A DNA stretch of 64,000 nucleotides from Escherichia coli. Its GTDB lineage: Bacteria > Pseudomonadota > Gammaproteobacteria > Enterobacterales > Enterobacteriaceae. The DNA lies in the NCBI RefSeq assembly GCF_003334335.1, contig NZ_QOWQ01000021.1; one strand, written 5' to 3'. Positions 58,814 through 64,000 of this stretch are shown here, in pieces. A model generated the notes under the pieces. The model did not search any database. It had not been told where the DNA came from and saw nothing but the letters and a program-made list of their open reading frames with translations. Both the position numbers and the translations under genes were made by a program. Numbering within the stretch: position 1 is the stretch's first letter; each line of letters begins with the position of its first letter.

Positions 58814-59218
58814 TCACTTACCCTTTGTTTCGTTATAGTCACGGCCTGCGATGCGGTTATTCCCGCCAGAGATATTTAACCCTCCCCCTGATGACTGACT
58901 CTCCTTTTCAGTGACTGCACCTTTCAAAGCACCAATCACCGCGTTTTTCACATCTAGTGAGGCACTCCGAAAACGTGTGATCAACTCCTGCTCATCATCG
59001 TTATAAGTTTCAGGTGAATGAATTCCCAACACGACATACTGAACATCAAGGCCAAAACGCGACAACGCTGATAAGTACGCCGCATCAGGAAAGCTATCCC
59101 CTTTCTCATATCTAAGTTGGGTTAACTTTTTAACCCCACCAATATCACTCATAGCGACTTGGCTAAGACCCAGCCGTTCCCTTTCCTCACGCAACCGTTG
59201 GCCAATATCATTTTTCAT
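58814..59218 (-). CDS. Immunity repressor (XRE HTH) with a C-terminal NRIAGRDY tail
   Basis: 134 aa. HTH segment LGLSQVAMSDIGGVKKLTQLRYEKGDSFP. Divergent from the early operon across a promoter/operator region. Confidence 0.8.
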   Translation of the reverse strand: MKNDIGQRLREERERLGLSQVAMSDIGGVKKLTQLRYEKGDSFPDAAYLSALSRFGLDVQYVVLGIHSPETYNDDEQELITRFRSASLDVKNAVIGALKGAVTEKESQSSGGGLNISGGNNRIAGRDYNETKGK

Positions 59219-59227
59219 ACAAAAACC

Positions 59228-59256
59228 TTGACAGGTATCTTTTTTGATACCAAAAT
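59228..59256 (+). promoter_or_regulatory. Early (lytic) promoter with an embedded operator
   Basis: TTGACA, 17 nt, CAAAAT. The spacer is the perfect inverted repeat GGTATC-TTTTTT-GATACC. Confidence 0.6.
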
Positions 59257-59293
59257 ACTTTCATGAGCCATTAGATGAACACAATATACCACT

Positions 59294-59512
59294 ATGAAAC
59301 AAGTTGTTCACGACACCAGATCACGGATTCCGCGTAACACAGCTACAGGACCGCGACTGGCACTTCGATTGTCAGCAGAAGAGCGAGCCGTCATTGATGA
59401 AATGGCAACTAAAGAACAGCGCTCATCCTCTAACATGGCACGCATGATCTTCCTTCGTGGCCTTGAGATTATCCAGAAAGAGCAAAACCAATCTTCATGC
59501 TCAGGAGGTTAA
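59294..59512 (+). CDS. Ribbon-helix-helix (CopG/Arc-like) early regulator
   Basis: 72 aa. The segment PRLALRLSAEERAVIDEMATKEQRSSSNMARMIFLRGLE follows an RHH pattern. It is the first gene of the rightward operon. Confidence 0.65.
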   Translation: MKQVVHDTRSRIPRNTATGPRLALRLSAEERAVIDEMATKEQRSSSNMARMIFLRGLEIIQKEQNQSSCSGG

Positions 59513-59516
59513 CGGG

Positions 59517-59720
59517 ATGCAAGGTATAACAATAAACATCAACGTTAATGCCCCTTACGTATCTCTGAAGAAATACGCCGAGATAACAGGCATTCCTCTT
59601 AACACATGCAAAAAGATGTTGGCTGACGGTCGAATTATTATCCGCCCCAAACGCGCCAAAATGGAAAAACCAGAAGTAAACCTTATAGCTATGTTAAAAG
59701 ACGCAATAGCCAACAGCTAA
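59517..59720 (+). CDS. Cox/Apl-like HTH (excisionase-type) protein, 67 aa from MQGITININ
   Basis: AGGAGG SD. The segment YVSLKKYAEITGIPLNTCKKMLADGRI is an excisionase-type HTH. Confidence 0.6.
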   Translation: MQGITININVNAPYVSLKKYAEITGIPLNTCKKMLADGRIIIRPKRAKMEKPEVNLIAMLKDAIANS

Positions 59721-59787
59721 ACAATGAAGCGAGCATAACTATGAAGAAAACGTTTCATTAAAAACATCAAGATTTGAAGGTGTTGAC

Positions 59788-59982
59788 ATGACTGACTCCA
59801 CTCAAACAAAAGACTTATACAGCGATTTACGATTCATCATCATACAACAGCAATCAGGCAGACTGGATCCAACACGTGCAAGCAAGGCCTGGAAAGAAGC
59901 ACTTACCGATCAGGGGATCGATGTAATTAGCGAAGTCATGGCTGAAGTGATTTTTAAGCTAACAAGAGACGAATCACTGTAA
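59788..59982 (+). CDS. Hypothetical early protein (64 aa)
   Basis: ORF track; co-oriented. Confidence 0.5.
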   Translation: MTDSTQTKDLYSDLRFIIIQQQSGRLDPTRASKAWKEALTDQGIDVISEVMAEVIFKLTRDESL

Positions 59983-60007
59983 TCATCGCATAAGGACCGA
60001 GTGAAGA

Positions 60008-60331
60008 ATGAAGCAACAACGAAATGCACGCATCAATAACAACACCGAACGCCACGTTGCACGCCAGCACTTCCGTAAAAATAGTGCGACCGCAACCACT
60101 GAAATCCATACCACACCAGACGGTCATCAGATAAAACAAACCGGAAAGCACACCTGGGCGATTGGCGACACTGGCATCGTTATTCACAAAAGTTTTCGTA
60201 GCCCTGTTACTGGCAGAATTAATTTTACCCTGACTCGCGGAGATGATTACTTCGGACAGGACTTCACATTTTTTGAAGCCTTAAGAACGGTCGATCGGTT
60301 AATGACTGGTCGTAATTTTCACGCTAAATGA
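60008..60331 (+). CDS. Hypothetical early protein (107 aa)
   Basis: ORF track; co-oriented. Confidence 0.5.
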   Translation: MKQQRNARINNNTERHVARQHFRKNSATATTEIHTTPDGHQIKQTGKHTWAIGDTGIVIHKSFRSPVTGRINFTLTRGDDYFGQDFTFFEALRTVDRLMTGRNFHAK

Positions 60332-60344
60332 TACAGATGAAAAC

Positions 60345-60560
60345 ATGGAAACATACAAAATTAAAGATATTGAACACCATGACGGTTTTTTCAGCGCTGA
60401 ACATGTTGCTTGTGTTGTCAGGATTTTCAATGAAGTAGATGTGATTTTGAAGCAAAACATAAAGCTTGAAATCATCGCAAAAAGCGAAGCAGACGCCATT
60501 GAAATAAAAAAAGCTATTGAACGTCAGATAATACAGTTGACAAGTACCATTGTATTTTAA
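60345..60560 (+). CDS. Hypothetical early protein (71 aa)
   Basis: ORF track; co-oriented. Confidence 0.5.
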   Translation: METYKIKDIEHHDGFFSAEHVACVVRIFNEVDVILKQNIKLEIIAKSEADAIEIKKAIERQIIQLTSTIVF

Positions 60561-60578
60561 GCAACAGGAAAAATAACC

Positions 60579-60818
60579 ATGACCAGAAATTACAAAGAAA
60601 TCGTCAATCAGATCATTAAGGCTTACAGCCACCGCATTGCAAAATTACCCGAGTTCATACGCATAATGGAGACGCATTCATTAATGCAAGGACTGAACGG
60701 GTTGGCACTGGCCGCATTGGCAGCTAACGATATTGATGCCACCATCGAAATAAACAACCTGTTATTAGACATTGAAAAAGGCGGAAACATAGAACCCTAC
60801 AATCTGGAGGCCGCATGA
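60579..60818 (+). CDS. Hypothetical early protein (79 aa)
   Basis: ORF track; co-oriented. Confidence 0.5.
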   Translation: MTRNYKEIVNQIIKAYSHRIAKLPEFIRIMETHSLMQGLNGLALAALAANDIDATIEINNLLLDIEKGGNIEPYNLEAA

Positions 60819-60940
60819 GCGTATTTCTTTCATGGCTAATTCTGATTATCTCCGTACTTATGGCAATCGGCATTATGCGAATTATCCACACACTGAAGGA
60901 TATCGAATTATTCTTTACCGGCGATAAACGCCGTAAATAA
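60815..60940 (+). CDS. Small single-TM protein (41 aa)
   Basis: Sequence MSVFLSWLILIISVLMAIGIMRIIHTLKDIELFFTGDKRRK; ATGA overlap with the previous stop. Confidence 0.45.
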   Translation: MSVFLSWLILIISVLMAIGIMRIIHTLKDIELFFTGDKRRK

Positions 60941-60952
60941 AGCGAAAACGTT

Positions 60953-61048
60953 ATGAAGAATGTAAAAGCAATACTCACCATTGCCAGTGTGTGGCTGATA
61001 TTTCAGGTGTGTGCGCTTATCTGGTTAGCCCTGAAGATCTGGGAATAA
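60953..61048 (+). CDS. Small single-TM protein (31 aa)
   Basis: Sequence MKNVKAILTIASVWLIFQVCALIWLALKIWE. Confidence 0.4.
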   Translation: MKNVKAILTIASVWLIFQVCALIWLALKIWE

Positions 61049-61153
61049 CCTTAAGCTTCAAATAAGAACGCAATAACACCAGAAAACATACGAACAATTA
61101 ATTAAGGCATTCATGCCATCGGGTTCCCTTTGTCTTTTTTCAGGAGTCAACAA

Positions 61154-61378
61154 ATGAGAACAGTCGAATCACCCGCAACCGCCAGACCAGTTAACCATCA
61201 TGCACATATCAGCATGGCCGCGAGAAAAGCCGAGCGTGCGCATATCTGCGAATTGCTCCGAGACCTGGTTAACACGGCGAAAGAGAAGCACTCCTCCCCG
61301 CTGGAAACCTGTTCAGCCATTGAACGACTGATTGCAACGCTCACGAACAACACCGAACTGAAGGGGTCAGCGCAATGA
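61154..61378 (+). CDS. Hypothetical protein (74 aa from MRTVESPATARP)
   Basis: CAGGAG SD; ATGA overlap with the exonuclease gene. Confidence 0.55.
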   Translation: MRTVESPATARPVNHHAHISMAARKAERAHICELLRDLVNTAKEKHSSPLETCSAIERLIATLTNNTELKGSAQ

Positions 61379-61956
61379 ACCATCTCATGATTGACACCGA
61401 AACACTGGGTAACGGACCGGACGCAGCCATATTCGCGATCGGGGCGGTGTTTTTCGACCCGTTCACCGGAAAGCTGGGCAAGCAGTTTGAGAAATTCATC
61501 GACCCGGTAGATTCAGAACGCAACGGCGGAACCGTCAATGCAGCCACCGCTGTATGGTGGGCCGGACAATCCGTGGAGGCCAGATCCTGCCTGCGCAACG
61601 CAGAGGGAACAGAGCTTGCGGCAGTAACCGAATTTCTGGCGTTCATTTCACGCAATATGCATGACGAAAGCACGGGCAATTCACTGACCATATGGTGTAA
61701 GGGCGCATCCTTCGATTTCCCGATCCTGAAATCCGCCATAACACGCACAGCCGGAGAAAAAAGCATCCCCTGGTGCTACTGGAACGAGCGCTGTATGCGC
61801 CCGCTTATCGCCATGGCTGAATCAACTGGATGGAAAATGCCAGGCAGATCAGGAAAAGAGGCCATTGCTCACACCGCGCTGGGCGACGCCATTTACCAGG
61901 CAAAGGTCGTGTCAGAAATCTGGCAGCGCTTCACAACACCATTCCTGAACATATGA
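61375..61956 (+). CDS. DEDDh-type 3'-5' exonuclease
   Basis: 193 aa. MIDTETLG (Exo I), FDFPIL (Exo II) and HTALGDAIYQA (Exo III, H-x4-D). Confidence 0.75.
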   Translation: MNHLMIDTETLGNGPDAAIFAIGAVFFDPFTGKLGKQFEKFIDPVDSERNGGTVNAATAVWWAGQSVEARSCLRNAEGTELAAVTEFLAFISRNMHDESTGNSLTIWCKGASFDFPILKSAITRTAGEKSIPWCYWNERCMRPLIAMAESTGWKMPGRSGKEAIAHTALGDAIYQAKVVSEIWQRFTTPFLNI

Positions 61957-61965
61957 GGTGAAGCC

Positions 61966-62193
61966 ATGGTCGCCATCCTGAATGTGTGTTGCTGCCCCCC
62001 CCTGAACGTGGAAAGAAAAGCCCGCGCATCGCTGCGTTTATTCCGCGACGGCGTGCGGAATTTTTCACGCATAAAACCCCACGACTACCTGGTAATAAGA
62101 ATCGGTTTCCGCTGGCGATTACTGAGCAAAAACAACGGGGCGTCATGGGATTTATTAACGCACGAAACCTATAACAAAGAGGCCGCGTTATGA
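61966..62193 (+). CDS. 75-aa protein with a HigB/RelE-like C-terminal motif (paralogue of 11747-11965)
   Basis: The segment IRIGFRWRLLSKNNGASWDLLTHETYNKE aligns with KVNRRWRLLSKDDGRNWEVMSHERYSGE. Confidence 0.5.
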   Translation: MVAILNVCCCPPLNVERKARASLRLFRDGVRNFSRIKPHDYLVIRIGFRWRLLSKNNGASWDLLTHETYNKEAAL

Positions 62194-63170
62194 GCAAAGA
62201 ACTGTTATCCGGTACGCCACTGAAATGGGTGGGCGGAAAAAGCCGCATCATGAACACACTGAAGGCGCACCTGCCAGAAGCCGACTGTCTGGTTGAGCCG
62301 TTCGTGGGCGGCGCATCGGTATTCATGAACACCAGTTACAAGCGTTACATCCTGGGTGATTCCAATGGTGCGCTGATTAATTTCTACCGGCAAGCTAGGG
62401 ACAACACCGACAGCCTGATCGACGAGGCGAAAACCCTGTTCCTGAACCACAACAACAGGGGTGACTATCTCATCATTCGCGAAACCTTTAACGCAGAGAA
62501 TCATGCCTTCCTGAACAGCAGAACGGGAATAAGCGACCGCCGTGAACTGCGACTGGCCGCCATGTTTTTGTACCTGAACCGACACAGCTTTAACGGTTTG
62601 TTCCGCGTGAACGGAAAAGGCGATTTTAACGTGCCTTTCGGCTGCTACCGCAAGCCCTACTTCCCTGAGCGTGAAATCCGCGCATTTGCAGACAAGGCAA
62701 ACAGCACCCGAACGCTGCTTATCCACGCAGATTTTAAGGATACGCTGAACTCTGCCAGTCACCTGTTCGGCATGGGCAACACGCTTTGCGTGTACTGCGA
62801 TCCCCCTTACCTGCAATTCAGTGGCCGGGACAATTTTACCGCCTACGGAAAACCATTCGATGAAGACGAGCACGTTCGTCTGAGGGCAGCGCTTGACCGC
62901 CTTTCACAGGAAACGGGCGGCATGACCAGCATCACCATCTCCAATTCCGACACACCGGAAACACGACGCATTTATCGGGGTTACCGGATGAACTGCATAC
63001 AGGCACCACGAAGCGTTGGCGCAAGAACCCGGGAATCAGCACCGGAGGTTATCGCCACCCTGAGACAGTGCGACGCCTGCGGTCACCATGGCGGTGGCTA
63101 CTGCCCGGACTGCGGACCTGTAACGGGAGATGCAACTTACAGCGTGATGTTTACCCCTGCCAGTACGTGA
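62190..63170 (+). CDS. dam: Dam-type N6-adenine DNA methyltransferase with a C-terminal zinc-ribbon extension
   Basis: 326 aa. LKWVGGKSRIM, EPFVGGASVF (SAM binding), DPPY. C-terminal CDACGHHGGGYCPDCG. Confidence 0.85.
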   Translation: MSKELLSGTPLKWVGGKSRIMNTLKAHLPEADCLVEPFVGGASVFMNTSYKRYILGDSNGALINFYRQARDNTDSLIDEAKTLFLNHNNRGDYLIIRETFNAENHAFLNSRTGISDRRELRLAAMFLYLNRHSFNGLFRVNGKGDFNVPFGCYRKPYFPEREIRAFADKANSTRTLLIHADFKDTLNSASHLFGMGNTLCVYCDPPYLQFSGRDNFTAYGKPFDEDEHVRLRAALDRLSQETGGMTSITISNSDTPETRRIYRGYRMNCIQAPRSVGARTRESAPEVIATLRQCDACGHHGGGYCPDCGPVTGDATYSVMFTPAST

Positions 63171-63205
63171 ATAAACAGATGAATCAGTAACACCGGAGTC
63201 AGGAA

Positions 63206-63442
63206 ATGAATAGCGAAAACAACAAAGAGCTTTTGCGGGAATTGCGTCTCATCGCCCGTGCACATGAGGAAGCAGCAAAAGTTATCGCTGCTGCTGGAAG
63301 ACCAGAGCTCGTTATCGCTTCAGCAATCTCACTGAGGATCACCATGGAAGCAATCCGGGTGATTCAGGATCAGGAAAGTGAAATCGCCACCCTTAAAAAG
63401 CAGCTCAACGAGAAATCTGCCGGGCAAAGGAGTCAGCAATGA
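63206..63442 (+). CDS. Hypothetical protein (78 aa, coiled-coil-like C-terminus)
   Basis: ORF track; co-oriented. Confidence 0.5.
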   Translation: MNSENNKELLRELRLIARAHEEAAKVIAAAGRPELVIASAISLRITMEAIRVIQDQESEIATLKKQLNEKSAGQRSQQ

Positions 63443-63657
63443 TCCAGGAATCAACCGTTATCCGGTTCACAGCCAACGGCCGTCAGTACGAGGTAGACGA
63501 AGCCCTGATTGATTACAGCATGACCCGCCAGAGCTCACGCTTTCAGGACATGTACCACATCCGGCTAATCAACGGTTCGTCTTTCAACGCCACAAACGTG
63601 GAAGAAGTACGCGTGCTGACAGCAACACGCAACACGGGAGGTAAAGCGTGGCAGTGA
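63439..63657 (+). CDS. Hypothetical protein (72 aa)
   Basis: ATGA overlap with the previous ORF. Confidence 0.5.
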   Translation: MIQESTVIRFTANGRQYEVDEALIDYSMTRQSSRFQDMYHIRLINGSSFNATNVEEVRVLTATRNTGGKAWQ

Positions 63658-63998
63658 TTTATATCGCCGGCCCCATGACCGGATACGAAGACTGCAATAG
63701 AACGGCGTTTTGCCTGGAGGATCTGAAGCTTCGGTGCGCCGGAAACATCGTTCTTAATCCTGCCGTACTGCCTGACGGATTAAGCCAGCAGCAGTACATG
63801 AGTATTTGTATTCCGATGCTCATGTGTGCCGATGCCATTTACTTACTGGATGGATGGGAAGAATCCGCTGGCGCACGGGCTGAGTACGCAATGGCGCTCA
63901 AACTGAACATGCCAGTGTCATTCCCGGAAAACCGGGCAGCCGTCGAAACCGTCGCGCAGCTGCTTCACAAATCAAAAGCCACACAGGCGACTGAGTAA
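63648..63998 (+). CDS. DUF4406 (nucleoside 2-deoxyribosyltransferase-like fold) protein
   Basis: 116 aa, GTG start. Contains VIYIAGPMTGYEDCNRTAF...LNPAVL...ADAIYLLDGWEESAGARAEYAMA. Confidence 0.65.
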   Translation: MAVIYIAGPMTGYEDCNRTAFCLEDLKLRCAGNIVLNPAVLPDGLSQQQYMSICIPMLMCADAIYLLDGWEESAGARAEYAMALKLNMPVSFPENRAAVETVAQLLHKSKATQATE

Positions 63999-64000
63999 CC

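Larger units (their letters stand above)
56556..64000. mobile_element. P2/186-like prophage inserted in leuZ; only the left end (int, immunity, early region) lies in the window
   Basis: P2-family integrase beside the tRNA junction. Leftward repressor operon and rightward early operon. Fels-2/186-type early genes (exonuclease, Dam, DUF4406). Confidence 0.85.

Noticed and set aside
62205-62873. 222-aa minus-strand ORF
   Set aside because: It is antisense to the Dam methyltransferase gene, whose motifs are clear. Shadow ORF.

Overview
This window is Escherichia coli chromosome. The K-12-like segment (truncated yecE)-yecN-cmoAB-torZY-cutC-yecM-argS-yecT / flhEAB-cheZYBR-tap-tar-cheWA-motBA-flhCD / uspC-otsAB-araHGF-ftnB-yecJ-azuC-yecR-ftnA-yecH-tyrP-yecA occupies about 16.9-56.5 kb and looks ordinary. 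It is bracketed by two prophages. (1) Positions 1 to about 16,945 are the int-proximal part of a lambdoid prophage with Stx-phage architecture, inserted in yecE. On the minus strand it reads Q antiterminator, PR'/tR', three phage tRNAs, an empty stx position, then nanS-p. Replication uses an SF2 helicase plus a Zn-ribbon/Toprim primase. A cro/cI-like switch follows, then an unusual early-left operon ending in xis-int. (2) Positions about 56,556-64,000 are the left end of a P2/186-like prophage inserted in tRNA-Leu leuZ. Only the 3' 55 nt of the tRNA remain at this junction. This element carries int, a lysogenic operon, a divergent early operon, a DEDDh exonuclease, Dam and a DUF4406 protein. 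The most interesting candidates for undescribed biology are all in the prophages. (a) An XRE repressor and the next gene, a tail-anchored membrane protein, share an NRIAGRDY peptide whose eight codons all differ at the third position (58154-59218). A GRDYNET heptapeptide recurs in the other prophage's helicase. (b) An AT-rich 314-aa zinc-knuckle ORF lies antisense inside the late-operon leader, next to the empty stx slot (3057-4001). (c) A translationally coupled module of antirepressor-like protein, truncated DnaN (beta-clamp) homologue and TM peptide (13477-14911). (d) A 2-TM peptide plus SPFH lipoprotein pair (12421-13433). (e) Three paralogous small proteins at the N position of the early-left operon (10189-11022). 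Gene identities come from my memory of E. coli and phage protein families plus synteny; no database search was possible. Hand-derived coordinates for sub-ORF features (hairpins, promoters, tRNAs, small ORFs) should be treated as +/-2 nt.
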